A stretch of 64,000 bases of DNA, taken from assembly GCA_051382335.1 (NCBI GenBank), contig JBBCAX010000033.1, forward strand, positions 62,891 to 126,890, written 5' to 3'. A program made the position numbers and the translations under genes. The notes beneath the pieces were generated by a model. The model had not been told where the DNA came from. It did not search any database and saw nothing but the letters and a program-made list of their open reading frames with translations. The DNA is from Deltaproteobacteria bacterium TL4 (GTDB lineage Bacteria > SAR324 > NAC60-12). Below, piece after piece: positions 10,415-21,300 of the stretch (the first letter of the stretch is position 1; each line of letters starts with the position of its first letter).

Positions 10415-10685
10415 ATTTGACGATCGTGCACGTCGAGAACTCCGGAAACTTGATAAACAGGCTCAACAAGAGATTCTAAGTTACCTAAGGGAAAAAATAG
10501 CCACATCAGAAGATGTTAAACGTTTTGGGAAGCCTTTAGTTGCCGATAAACAAGGATTGTGGCGTTACCGCATTAGTGATTATCGGATCATTTGTAGAAT
10601 AGAAAATGAGCAACTTGTTGTTTTGGTTGTCAGGGTAGGACATCGAAAAAATGTTTATGAGAACAAGCTTAATGATTCGATCTAA
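10398..10685 (+). CDS. Type II toxin, RelE/StbE family
   Basis: GTG start; WSVEF..RARRELRKLD, GKPL...GLWRYRISDYRIIC, VRVGHRK. Confidence 0.92.
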   Translation: MIWSVEFDDRARRELRKLDKQAQQEILSYLREKIATSEDVKRFGKPLVADKQGLWRYRISDYRIICRIENEQLVVLVVRVGHRKNVYENKLNDSI

Positions 10686-10827
10686 AATTTGTTTGGTCTT
10701 TACCTTCTGTCGATTTTTTCCAATCCTTGGCATGAAGCAACATCCTACATTGTCATTTCAAAAATAAAAAACAGGCCCCGTTTTGATGTCAAGGCGTCGT
10801 CCCTCTCAAAATTAGGAGAAATTCATC

Positions 10828-13545
10828 ATGAGCACCATAACCCAAACCATGAATATTCATGGGATGACCTGTAGTTCTTGTGCTGTTAACATAGAACGAA
10901 CCGTGAACAAGCTTCAGGGAATCCAGGAGGCCAATGTTAATTTTGCGACAGAACAACTCCGAGTAACCTTCAATACCGAGGAGATGTCTTCAGAAACGAT
11001 CATTGAAGCCATTTCCAGCGCCGGGTATAACGCGGAGATTCCTCAAGAAGGGACGTCCTTGATGTTTACGGTAACAGGGATGACCTGTGCTTCATGTGTC
11101 CGGCATGTAGAACAGGCGTTAACTCAACTTGACGGTGTGATTGCGGCCAATGTCAATTTAGCAAGTGAACGTGTTCGCATTGATTATCATCCGGCTCAGG
11201 TTCGAGTGGATGATCTGAAACAAGCGGTGAGTCAGGCAGGGTATCAGTTGATTGAGATGCTTGCTGAAAACCAGGGTCGTGAAGAAATTCGACGTGAGCG
11301 GGAATTGAAGCTTCTTTTAGCCAAGTTATCAATTTCAATGATATTTGCGATTCCGTTAGTGTTCATTGCCATGTCAGAAATGCTCGGAATTTCCTTACCC
11401 TCTTTCATCAACCCTGATACAAATCCATTAAACTATGCTTTAATTCAGTTGGCGTTAATCCTTCCTATCCTGGGAGCCGGCTTTCATTTTTACACAAAAG
11501 GTTTTGGCACCTTGTTTCGTTTACATCCGAATATGGATTCATTGATTGCGGTGGGAACCTCTGCTGCCGTAGGGTCCAGTGCCTGGAATACCTTGCAGAT
11601 TTTCAAGGGGCATTCTGAATTGGTAATGAGTTTGTATTATGAAACTGCGGGAGTGATCATTGCGCTGATCCTGCTTGGAAAATATATGGAATCTGTGAGT
11701 AAAAGCAGAACCTCAGGCGCTATCAAAGAGTTGATGGGACTGCAACCCAAAACGGCGCTGATCTTGGAAGACGGAAAGGAGCGGGAAGTTGCTATTGAAG
11801 AGGTGCGGGTTGGAGACATACTGTTGGTGAAGCCGGGTGAAAGGATCCCGGTTGACGGCGTTATTTTGGAAGGTAGAACCTCCGTTGATGAGTCTATGCT
11901 CACTGGAGAAAGTCTGCCTGTGGAGAAGAGCCGGGGCGATTCAGTGACTGGCGCAAGCATGAATCAAAATGGAGCCATTCAGTTCAGTGCGACTCATGTC
12001 GGTAAGGATACCGCTTTAGCTCAGATTATTAAACTCGTTGAAGAGGCCCAGGGAAGTAAAGCGCCTATCGCGCGAATGGCGGATGTGATTTCCAGTTATT
12101 TTGTCCCTGTGGTCATGGCCATTGCTGTCCTCACTGGCTTGGCCTGGTATTTTTTCAGTACCATGCCTGCTACCTTTGCGTTAATGATTTTCGTTTCGGT
12201 TTTAGTGATTGCCTGTCCCTGTGCCTTGGGACTCGCGACACCAACTGCAATTATGGTGGGGACAGGGTGCGGAGCCTCTTTAGGAATTCTGATTAAAGGA
12301 GGAGAACCGCTTGAAGTGGCCAGCCGTATAAAAACCGTTGTTTTTGATAAAACCGGCACCCTGACAGAAGGCAAACCCAGGGTTACCGATATTCTGGCTT
12401 TTCATGCTCAGAATGCAGAAGAATTACTCAGCCTTGCGGCATCGGCAGAGCAAGGTTCCGAACATGCTTTAGGAGCAGCCATTCTTGAAGAAGCTCAGCA
12501 ACGAGGACTGTCCTTGAAAAAAAGCACGGACTTCCAAGCGGTTCCAGGACAGGGAATTCAGGTGACGATTGGAGAACATGGAGTGATCCTGGGAAATCTA
12601 AAAATGATGCAGCAGCATCAGATCTTACAAGAAGAACATCCTGAAACTGAGCGGCTCGCGAAAGAGGGCAAAACCCCTATGTACCTTGTCGTAGACGGTG
12701 TGTTTGTCGGGATTATAGCTGTGGCCGATGTGGTAAAATCAGACAGCGCGGTTGCCATCGCGAAGTTACATGAAATGGGAATCAGGACCGTTATGTTGAC
12801 CGGAGATAATCAACAGACAGCACAAGCTATTGCAAAACAAGTGGGCATTGACCACGTAGTTGCCCAAGTTCTGCCAGGAGAAAAATCCGCAAAAATCAAA
12901 GCGCTACAAAACAATGGTGAAAAGGTTGCGATGGTAGGAGATGGAATCAACGATGCGCCTGCTTTAATACAAGCTGACTTGGGAATCGCAATCGGGTCAG
13001 GAACCGATGTCGCCATGGAATCGGCCCAGATTGTTTTAATGAAAAATAGCTTGCTGGGTGTTGTGACCGCGATTCAATTAAGCAGGGCGACACTCCGAAA
13101 TATCAAGCAAAACCTGTTTTGGGCGTTTGCTTACAATAGTGCGGGAATTCCCATTGCCGCAGGGGTACTCTTTTTATTTGGAGGGCCGACCTTAAATCCA
13201 ATGATTGCCGCGGCAGCAATGGCGATGAGTTCCGTTTCTGTGGTGAGCAACGCACTGCGGTTAAGACGGTTTCAACCGGAATCCTTTTCTGTTCCGCTGC
13301 ATTCACTCTCTTCATCTTTAACTAAGGAGCTTCTTATGAAAAAAGTAATAAGTATTAATGGCATGACATGTAAAAATTGCGCGAGGCATGTTACCGAAGC
13401 ATTGAATAAATTGGATAATATCACTTCCGTTGTGGTGAATCTGGATCAAAAAAATGCCGTTGTTGAATCCAGTGCGGATATAAATAATACTGTATTGACT
13501 GCCGCCGTCACCAATGCCGGGTACACGGTAACAGGGATTCGATAA
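10828..13545 (+). CDS. copA: Cu(+)-translocating P1B-1 ATPase with two N-terminal and one C-terminal HMA domains
   Basis: [41 protein letters not shown] and MAMSS motifs; C-terminal GMTCKNC. Confidence 0.95.
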   Translation: MSTITQTMNIHGMTCSSCAVNIERTVNKLQGIQEANVNFATEQLRVTFNTEEMSSETIIEAISSAGYNAEIPQEGTSLMFTVTGMTCASCVRHVEQALTQLDGVIAANVNLASERVRIDYHPAQVRVDDLKQAVSQAGYQLIEMLAENQGREEIRRERELKLLLAKLSISMIFAIPLVFIAMSEMLGISLPSFINPDTNPLNYALIQLALILPILGAGFHFYTKGFGTLFRLHPNMDSLIAVGTSAAVGSSAWNTLQIFKGHSELVMSLYYETAGVIIALILLGKYMESVSKSRTSGAIKELMGLQPKTALILEDGKEREVAIEEVRVGDILLVKPGERIPVDGVILEGRTSVDESMLTGESLPVEKSRGDSVTGASMNQNGAIQFSATHVGKDTALAQIIKLVEEAQGSKAPIARMADVISSYFVPVVMAIAVLTGLAWYFFSTMPATFALMIFVSVLVIACPCALGLATPTAIMVGTGCGASLGILIKGGEPLEVASRIKTVVFDKTGTLTEGKPRVTDILAFHAQNAEELLSLAASAEQGSEHALGAAILEEAQQRGLSLKKSTDFQAVPGQGIQVTIGEHGVILGNLKMMQQHQILQEEHPETERLAKEGKTPMYLVVDGVFVGIIAVADVVKSDSAVAIAKLHEMGIRTVMLTGDNQQTAQAIAKQVGIDHVVAQVLPGEKSAKIKALQNNGEKVAMVGDGINDAPALIQADLGIAIGSGTDVAMESAQIVLMKNSLLGVVTAIQLSRATLRNIKQNLFWAFAYNSAGIPIAAGVLFLFGGPTLNPMIAAAAMAMSSVSVVSNALRLRRFQPESFSVPLHSLSSSLTKELLMKKVISINGMTCKNCARHVTEALNKLDNITSVVVNLDQKNAVVESSADINNTVLTAAVTNAGYTVTGIR
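13336..13545 (+). CDS. Possible separately translated CopZ-like chaperone nested in frame at the 3' end of copA
   Basis: TAAGGAG at 13323-13329 precedes in-frame ATG 13336 ([15 protein letters not shown]..., 69 aa). Confidence 0.45.
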   Translation: MKKVISINGMTCKNCARHVTEALNKLDNITSVVVNLDQKNAVVESSADINNTVLTAAVTNAGYTVTGIR

Positions 13546-13643
13546 AGAATGCAGGTTGGATTAAAAAACACTTACGGCAGCAGCGCCTTATTACGGCGCT
13601 GAAAACAGATTACGGTGACAACCCATGGAAACCTCAGGGACTG

Positions 13644-15173
13644 CTAATACATTCGATGATAGGTAAACATACCGAAAGCGGCAAATCCTCTATAAATTCC
13701 TGTCAATGGGGTTTCATAGATTCCATATTGTTTGGTGTTTTGCTGTCCATCAAGATCCGAGAACTTCCACAAGGCGGCTCCCAAGCTAACACTTTCAATA
13801 TCGGAGAACGCATATTCTATGGCACCTCCAACGGTCCACATGCCTCCAAGAGGAACTAGAGGAGAAACATACTCGGGTGTATTCGGATCCCCTTCTTTTG
13901 AGAAACCACCTCGTAAGATAATTCTTTCATTCATGTGGAACGCTCCTCCAAATCCCCAGGTCAGCGTATCGACGAACCCGGTTTCAATGGGAATTTGATC
14001 TCCACTATCATAACCCGCAAGAATGAGTGCTCCACTAGGCGTATCGAGATCTACTGTAATGCCGCTAAACACGGAATATCCCATTTGTGTCAGCCTAAAC
14101 TCCACTTCATATTTCGGGTGATCCGGATCGTCTTTCCAACCAAAACCTGTCTCCAAGTGCCAAGGAAACGTCAGACTAACCTTGGCGACGGAGTCTCTCA
14201 AGTACAGATTTTCCAACGCGGAAATACTGGCAATCTTTCCCACGCTTCGCAACGCCCATAACAAACTTTCTCCTTCAGGTGTGACAAAAAACTGAATTTC
14301 GCCATCCATGTTTACTGGAATGGCTGTATTATAATTCGCGGCAAAAAACAGAGAGCCCAGACTTCCCAAGTCGGTACTTCCCAGATAAGAACCATTGAAG
14401 TTATAAGAAAAGCCATGCGCCTGTACTACAATCTTGTCATTCAGCTTAATAACCGGAGCTTTGGATAAAATATTCATGACCCCCTGTGACTGTAAAACAG
14501 ACAAGGCGTCCTCATCACTAATATTGGTCGCCAGAGGTCCTATGATCTGCTTTCCAAAAGATACCAATTCCTGCATGTAGATGGGATTGGTTTGCTCCAT
14601 GGTGACACCGTTACGTCGGTAGTTCATCACATCAGCGTACAAGGTGATGCCTACAGCGACAGAATGGTTTTCATTAAGCTCATAAGCCGCGCTAAAGTTG
14701 CCTCCAAGGGCGGCAAGCAGTACGTCTTGAATGAGACCATTTCCTGCCCATTCCCGATCAAATTTCAAGGCTGCGGCAAAACGGGGTTTAAAAGAAAAAC
14801 CATAAGCCATGTCCTCTTTAACGTAGGCGTAATGAAACATAGGCAGAGGCAGGGGTTCAATGTATGTTTTTTCATTTTCAACAGGGCCAACCACCTCGTT
14901 ACCATTGCTATCATAAGTGACTTCTTGACCTTCCCATTCTACTTGAAATATGGCCAGCGCTCCACCTGCACTGATATGCGTTCCCGGTTGCAAGCGCATC
15001 ATTCCCGCTGGATTGACAGAGTTTATTTCCGCATGACTGGGCATCGTCATGATGGCGTTGGCCTGTCCAAACTGGTTTGCGCTATAGACGGGGGTATAAG
15101 GGCCTGCTCCATAAAGAGAAAAAGGAATCAAGGCCAATAACAGTACTAGTCCTAAACAATTGGAACGTTGCAT
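13644..15173 (-). CDS. FadL/OmpP1/TodX family outer-membrane channel
   Basis: Signal peptide; plug motif NPAGM; amphipathic beta strands; ILRGG; C-terminal aromatic residue. Confidence 0.8.
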   Translation of the reverse strand: MQRSNCLGLVLLLALIPFSLYGAGPYTPVYSANQFGQANAIMTMPSHAEINSVNPAGMMRLQPGTHISAGGALAIFQVEWEGQEVTYDSNGNEVVGPVENEKTYIEPLPLPMFHYAYVKEDMAYGFSFKPRFAAALKFDREWAGNGLIQDVLLAALGGNFSAAYELNENHSVAVGITLYADVMNYRRNGVTMEQTNPIYMQELVSFGKQIIGPLATNISDEDALSVLQSQGVMNILSKAPVIKLNDKIVVQAHGFSYNFNGSYLGSTDLGSLGSLFFAANYNTAIPVNMDGEIQFFVTPEGESLLWALRSVGKIASISALENLYLRDSVAKVSLTFPWHLETGFGWKDDPDHPKYEVEFRLTQMGYSVFSGITVDLDTPSGALILAGYDSGDQIPIETGFVDTLTWGFGGAFHMNERIILRGGFSKEGDPNTPEYVSPLVPLGGMWTVGGAIEYAFSDIESVSLGAALWKFSDLDGQQNTKQYGIYETPLTGIYRGFAAFGMFTYHRMY

Positions 15174-15407
15174 AGATGCTCCATCAGAAAGTGGTGAATT
15201 ATTATAAGGGTCTGTATTCCTCTTAAGCGCTACAACAGTTAAGTGTCAAGATAATGCCGGCTTTTTATCGTAAGAAAGTTGCTCAACAAGTTGTCCCCTC
15301 TTTTCTAAATACCCAATTTTTTCTCAATGGTGTGGCGAAGTGGAATCAAAGGAAGGCGTATGCCGGGTTGCTGAAACAGGCTCGTAAGTCAGGAATGGAC
15401 TCTTTGA

Positions 15408-16697
15408 TTATGAAAACTTTATTTTGAAGGAAGTGCCCTTTGCTCTGTCTATCTCGATTGTCCCCTTGAGTTGGTCTGTTAAAATATTGACTAATTGTAA
15501 CCCCAATGCCTCAGTTTCCCGGATGTCCAAGTCTTGAGGCAATCCCATCCCATTATCACTGACCAAAAGAGTGTATAGTCCTTCATTATCTTGAAAAAAG
15601 CTTATCTGGACTGTTCCTTTTTCTCCTTCTTTGAATGCGTGTTTAAACACGTTGGACAGTAACTCGTTGATGATCAAACCACAGGGAATGGCCTTTTGAA
15701 TGTCTAAAGAAACTTCCAAAACTTTTTTGGTGATCGTAATTCGCTCTGGAACTGAAATATAAGAGGCCAGTAAGGCATTGGTTAACTCGTTGATAAATTG
15801 ATTAAAATCGATCTTGGAAAAATCAGAGGTTTTATAAAGTTTTTCATGAATGAGTACCATGGTCTGGATACGATTCTGCGTTTCAAGGAATAATTCAACA
15901 TCATTGCGATTTTTTACTTTGGGGATCTGCAGTTTGAGAAAAGCCGCAACCATCGCCATATTATTTTTTACTCGATGATGAACTTCCTGCAACAGCACTT
16001 CTTTTTCTTTGAGCGAATTTTGGAGTCTCTGTTCTGCACGCCTGCGTTCCTCAATTTCCTGATGGAGTTTCTCATTGGTTATTTTTAGTTCGCTGGTCCT
16101 TTCTTCTACGCGAATTTCCAATTGATCATGGGCTTTTTGTAATTCCTCATGGGCTTTTTGAAGTGCATCCTTAGTTTGCGTTAATAGTCGGTTCGTCGCT
16201 TCATATTGCTGGGCCTTATGGGTTGTCATTCCTAATTTTTCACTCAAAATCATTGCAAAAAGCCGATATAAAATATCTTTTAATTCTTTTGAATCAGAAT
16301 CGGAATATTGACCGATATCCTGAGCCTGTAGACTGAATAAATCGACAAAGCCGTTGGCAACAACCGTAGCAGAACAGGTTTTTTCGCTGATGACACTCAT
16401 TTCTCCAAAAATATCACCGATCCGCTTGAGTGTTAAAATCAGTTCTCCTGAGGCATAGATGGAGACTTCTCCCCGCGTTAGAAAAAAAACTCTATCGTTA
16501 AACTGACCTTCTGATAAAATCTTATCGCCATCCGAGTATCGGTGTATTTTTACCAAGGGGATTAGGGATTTTAATCGCTCTTGATCTAGATGACCAAAGA
16601 GCCTTGAACGGCTTAAATAGGTTAAAACTTCCCTGTTTTCTTCAAACAAATGTTGATCCATTTCATTTTTCATAAGCCCGTTAGCAAGGAGAGACAT
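15408..16697 (-). CDS. Soluble sensor histidine kinase: cNMP-binding domain, coiled coil, HisKA_2, HATPase
   Basis: GDIFGEMS..SATV (cNMP), LLQEVHHRVKNNM, NELLSNVFKHAF, SDNGMG, LGLQLV. Confidence 0.9.
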   Translation of the reverse strand: MSLLANGLMKNEMDQHLFEENREVLTYLSRSRLFGHLDQERLKSLIPLVKIHRYSDGDKILSEGQFNDRVFFLTRGEVSIYASGELILTLKRIGDIFGEMSVISEKTCSATVVANGFVDLFSLQAQDIGQYSDSDSKELKDILYRLFAMILSEKLGMTTHKAQQYEATNRLLTQTKDALQKAHEELQKAHDQLEIRVEERTSELKITNEKLHQEIEERRRAEQRLQNSLKEKEVLLQEVHHRVKNNMAMVAAFLKLQIPKVKNRNDVELFLETQNRIQTMVLIHEKLYKTSDFSKIDFNQFINELTNALLASYISVPERITITKKVLEVSLDIQKAIPCGLIINELLSNVFKHAFKEGEKGTVQISFFQDNEGLYTLLVSDNGMGLPQDLDIRETEALGLQLVNILTDQLKGTIEIDRAKGTSFKIKFS

Positions 16698-16706
16698 TGA
16701 AAATCT

Positions 16707-17123
16707 TTATAAAACCACTTCTGCCAAGCAAGGCAGTTCCTCTGGTTCATAGACATCGTTTTGCAGGGGTTGGAAGATCCATAAGTGCAAACCCTGTCTG
16801 ATATTGGCAAGAGCATGAAACTGCGCAGCAAATCCCAGCCCATTGGGCTTGCGTACTTGAATCTTTCCAATTTGATGACCTTCCTCTAAAAGAGCTTCCC
16901 ACGTTTCCTGGACTTCCTGTTTATTTTCTTTGAAGATAAAGTTTTCCAACTTCAACTCCAAAAGATACTCTCTGGAAACTCCTAATAATGTAAAGGCTTC
17001 TGGATTAGCATCAACAATATTTTTTTCATCATCCAGCAGTAAAACAGCATCATGGGGAGAGATAAAGAAAGTTCGGCCGTGTTCTTCGGCACTAAATTCA
17101 ATTTCTAAGACGGCCGTTCTCAT
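16707..17123 (-). CDS. Stand-alone PAS domain protein
   Basis: DAVLLLD..IVDANPEAFTLLGVSREYL...RKPNG. Confidence 0.8.
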   Translation of the reverse strand: MRTAVLEIEFSAEEHGRTFFISPHDAVLLLDDEKNIVDANPEAFTLLGVSREYLLELKLENFIFKENKQEVQETWEALLEEGHQIGKIQVRKPNGLGFAAQFHALANIRQGLHLWIFQPLQNDVYEPEELPCLAEVVL

Positions 17124-17137
17124 ACGCCGCGTTCTCC

Positions 17138-17199
17138 ATAAATAGTTATTCGAGGGACATTTCCCTTGATAAATAGTTATTCGAGGGACATTTCCCTTG
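17138..17199. repeat. Perfect 31-bp tandem duplication
   Basis: ATAAATAGTTATTCGAGGGACATTTCCCTTG twice (17138-17168 and 17169-17199). Confidence 0.95.
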
Positions 17200-17343
17200 T
17201 GAATTTTGAGTTAAACCCATGCAATTCAGAATTCACATTCTTATATAGAAAGTCAAACGTATCATAAATAGAAACAAATGAATATTCGCTATTTACTCGT
17301 AAATTACTACGAAGAATCTACGTATATTTTCAGAACAGAAATA

Positions 17344-18078
17344 CTATTTATTGGTGTTCAATATTGCATAACGAAGAAGTTGATTGCTGCTCGAGAATTT
17401 TAGTTTTTTCATAATATTCGAACGATGCGTTTCAGCGGTTCGCGTACTGATACTTAATTGAGTAGCAATATCTTTTATGGAGTATCCAAGGGCAATGAGT
17501 TCAAAAATTTCTGTTTCGCGTGAAGTTAAGGACTGCAAAGAGTGATGTTCTCTTTGAGTACGAACCTCATATTGCTCCAAAAGTTCTTCAACTTTGTTGG
17601 ATATGTATGCATCCAAATTTTCCTGGAGCGTTTCTTTTTTTTCCAGGTATTTTATTTCTTTGTCCTTATAAAGAGCCATTTCAATCGTTGCCTGCAATTC
17701 TTCTGTTTTTACAGGTTTTACCAAGTATCCAAAGGGGGAGGTCAATTTGGCTCGGTCTAACAACTCAGGACTGGTATAGGCGGTCAGGTAAATGATTGGA
17801 ATTTTAAATTGAGAATGTAAATAATTTGCGGTTTCAATTCCATCCATCTCTCCTTCCAAAGCAATGTCCATCAAAATTAAATCTGGACGACTTGTCATCG
17901 TTTTCTGAATAGCCAACTCACCCGATTTTGCAACATCAACTATGTGATACCCTAACCATTTTAACTCATTTTTTAAGCTCAGAGCTAAAACGCCTTCATC
18001 TTCCACAATCAAAATACTTGCTTCGACTGGTTTTTTCGGGTTTTCTGAGAACAGTTCCACTACATTTTCATTCGGCAT
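17344..18078 (-). CDS. Response regulator, REC plus LuxR HTH
   Basis: ILIVEDE, DLILMD, GYLVKP; LTSRETEI...IATQLSISTRTAETHRSNIMKKL. Confidence 0.92.
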   Translation of the reverse strand: MPNENVVELFSENPKKPVEASILIVEDEGVLALSLKNELKWLGYHIVDVAKSGELAIQKTMTSRPDLILMDIALEGEMDGIETANYLHSQFKIPIIYLTAYTSPELLDRAKLTSPFGYLVKPVKTEELQATIEMALYKDKEIKYLEKKETLQENLDAYISNKVEELLEQYEVRTQREHHSLQSLTSRETEIFELIALGYSIKDIATQLSISTRTAETHRSNIMKKLKFSSSNQLLRYAILNTNK

Positions 18079-18362
18079 AAAATTCTGTTGGTCTCTACAA
18101 ATTACGGAGGTGTTATAAAAGGTACCCTTTTGTTATAAGAGCAGGAGGAGCGAAACATAACTTTCCTCCAAAAGGACATCATGGAATCAATAGATACCGA
18201 ATTAAATGTATTTTGTCCATGCCCAAAAAGGGGGCAAGTCTTGATTTGAGTTTGTTTGACGAGTGCAACCGTTAGATTTCGTAGTAAAAATCGCCATTTT
18301 TATCCTAATCCGGAGAAAAAAAAGGCAAGGCCATTGAGAACGGAACAGGAAAGGGGTATCCT

Positions 18363-21300
18363 TTAGGAAAGAGTGTGGATGCTGTTTTTTTGTTGGCAAT
18401 GTTCCATAAATTTTTTAAAACAGAGATTGCTTTTTAAAGCTTCTTCGGAGTGTGCGATGTTGTAAAAAAAGACAGAGCTTCCCACGACGACAAGTTTCTT
18501 TTTCGCTCGTGTGATCACCACGTTAAAACGGTTGGGATTGTTAAGAAATTCCCCTTCAATCTGATCCAAATCTGATACGGTAAAGCCAAACAAAATCACG
18601 TCTCGTTCCGCGCCTTGGATCCGCTCAACCGTATCAATCAAAGGTCTCTGGAAATGATGCTCCTCCATCAGGGGTTGAAGTTTTTCAAGGATTGCATTGT
18701 TTTGTGCCCGATGGGGGGTGATGATTGCGATTTGCTCAGGAGATACCTCATATTCCATGATTAAGGTTTTCGTAAACTCTACCAGCAGTTCCATTTCCGG
18801 AACACATTTTTGCCCAGACCCCCTGTGATCCAGTAAAACCAAACTCACCGGTTGAGCCGGGTTTAAAATGGGACCGTAGGGGTCCGTCAGTTGAAATCGG
18901 GATAGTTTCAAACGTGAATTCTGATTAGAGAGGTGAGGATACAAGGCTCCCTCATACCAGGTCTGACTTGGAAACTCACAGAGTTCTTTATTCATCCGAT
19001 AAGTCACATTTAAGCGTGATTGGAGGGGCGCATCATAGTGTTTCATCAAATGGGCCAGGATGGAGTCTTTTAGATACACTTGCTCTTTTTCTGCGTCATA
19101 TCTTCCTATTACAATCGGTGGTAATTGATTCACATCTCCAAGGAACAGAAAATTACCTTTACCGTACAGCAAACTCAATAACGCTTGAGGGACTAGAACC
19201 TGTGAGGCTTCATCAAAAATAACCCAGTCAAACACAGGGGGGAAATCTCCGTCTTTTCCTTCAAATAACTGATAAAGTCCAAAACCTGTTGCTCCCAAAA
19301 TGGCGTAAGGGTGTTCTGCTAATTCGTTGACATCGTTCAGTAGTTGTACGGTTCTGTCACCGAACGGCTGAGGGGAATCTTCACTCCAACGTCCCCATTT
19401 AAAGCAAGGCGCGGGAAATTCCCGCAGCGAATGTTGATTGAGGAGTTGAAGAACCTTTCGCAGAACCTGGTCAATAGCCTGATGAGTAAGAGCACTGACC
19501 ACGATACGCATGGGGCGATTGTTTTGCTGGGCATGCAGAACCAACGCAATTAAAATCCATCCCAAAAGGTGTGTTTTCCCAGTTCCAGGAGGTCCTTCAA
19601 TCAAACTCAAACGATATTGAAAGGCTTGTTTTAAGGCTTGTTGTTGCGTCTCATTGAGTCCTGAAATCTGACTAAATCTCTTCAACCATTGTTCTGCCCA
19701 GGTTAAAGCGTCTTCATCCTGCTTGAAAGACCATCCTCCAGATAATAAATGAAACAAGGGGTGATTGTGATCCTCTGACAAAACGATTTGTACTCCATGA
19801 AATAATTTATTCGTATTCCAATCCGTTAGATCTTCTTCCAGGGAATAACCCGCGTTTTTATTTAAGTTTATTTTTCCTTGACGAGACCGTAAGCAAATCT
19901 GATTTTGACTTCGATCATAATTTTCAAGAATGACGGGTATTCCCTTTTGAAGATCACTCAAGGAAAGAGGCGCGAGTTTGAGAAAATCCCCTTCTCGAAA
20001 CTTGGAACTCCTGTTGGGGCCCTTGATCCTGAAGAGGTACAAAAACCGTCCTTCCTCATCAAGGACCATTTTCTCGAACTCTAATGGTCCGAGAGAACGG
20101 AACCGTTCAACACGTTCTTGAAATGAAAGTTTCTGTAATTGCAAGATATCGTCTTCCCGTAAACGTTTTTCATTCTCAATAAAATTCAGGTAGGCGTCTT
20201 TGAGTCCCCTCGTTGGATCAAGGTTCGGAGAAGAATCCTGCTGATTCCATTCACTGCGCAGATGTGGCGATAACCACTTCCAGACGGCCAACAGCACCTG
20301 GAGGCGTTGTTTCAACGTTACTTCCATTGCCTGACGTGTTTTCTCGTCAGGATCGTTCGCTATTGAGCCATTCGACCATGAGTCTTGATGGAACAGGCTC
20401 TCCGGAGGAAGTTGATTGAGCGAAATTCCTGTAACTCGACTCAAGGCGTACAGGGTCATTTCCCCTGGAATCGGGAAGTCAAAATGGGAAAAAATGAGGT
20501 GTGAAAGAGAGGTACTGTGCTGGCGTTGAGGATTCCACAGGAAAGACAACTCGGAATCCACAAAAATGTTTTGGAACGATAACCAATCGCTTTCTCTAAA
20601 ATAGAAAAGATGAGGGGTCTGTCCCTCAGATCTTCCCTTGTCCCACACCTTGATCAATTGAGGAATAAAGGTTTTTCGAAAGTGAGAAGACTGTTCTTCA
20701 TCGAAAAACAACCAGGTTTGATTCTGGAGAACCGTTCCCGTATTATCGGTCACACACCACCCCAAACCACAACTTTTTCTGGAAAGAGGGTCTTCTAAAG
20801 TCTGAATGAAAAGGCTCAACGACAGATTGGCGGGAAAGAGACGAGTTACCGGTTCCCTCAAATAAAATTGCCCGGTTTGTAACGATTTTGTTTTTGCCAT
20901 CAACCGTTCACGCTGGTTGGGTGACAAGCCATCATCAATGGAGTCAGAGGTTTGTTCCTTTGAAAAATAGGACTCCACTTGCGTCAAGGAATGCAAGTGC
21001 TGAAGTCTGATTTTTTCCAAAATACCTGCGGTGATTCCTGGCAAAAACAGAATCTCTTGCTCCCCTAAGGAGTGATGATAACAATAATCGAACCAAGGAC
21101 ATGACGTACAAGGAACCTCCAAACGATAGGGCGCTTTTTGCGGAAGTTGCAACAGCGTATTCCGAATGTTTTCCCAAAGCGCGGGGAATGAGGCCCAAAA
21201 GGGGGCAAGCTCGAATTCATGGAGGATCGCTTCACTTCCAGACTCTTGGGAAGGGGTCATTAAAAACCCTGTAGAGGAAATTTGCAGGGGTTCGGAAAAG

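Noticed and set aside
13581..13601. Intrinsic terminator between copA and the FadL-like gene
   Set aside because: The hairpin CAGCGCC/GGCGCTG is present, but no U-tract follows directly on either strand.
14592..15140. 182-aa ORF and other short ORFs overlapping long genes
   Set aside because: They lie antisense or out of frame within well-supported genes and show no recognisable motifs.
17138..17199. CRISPR array
   Set aside because: Only two 31-bp copies with no spacer between them, and no cas operon.
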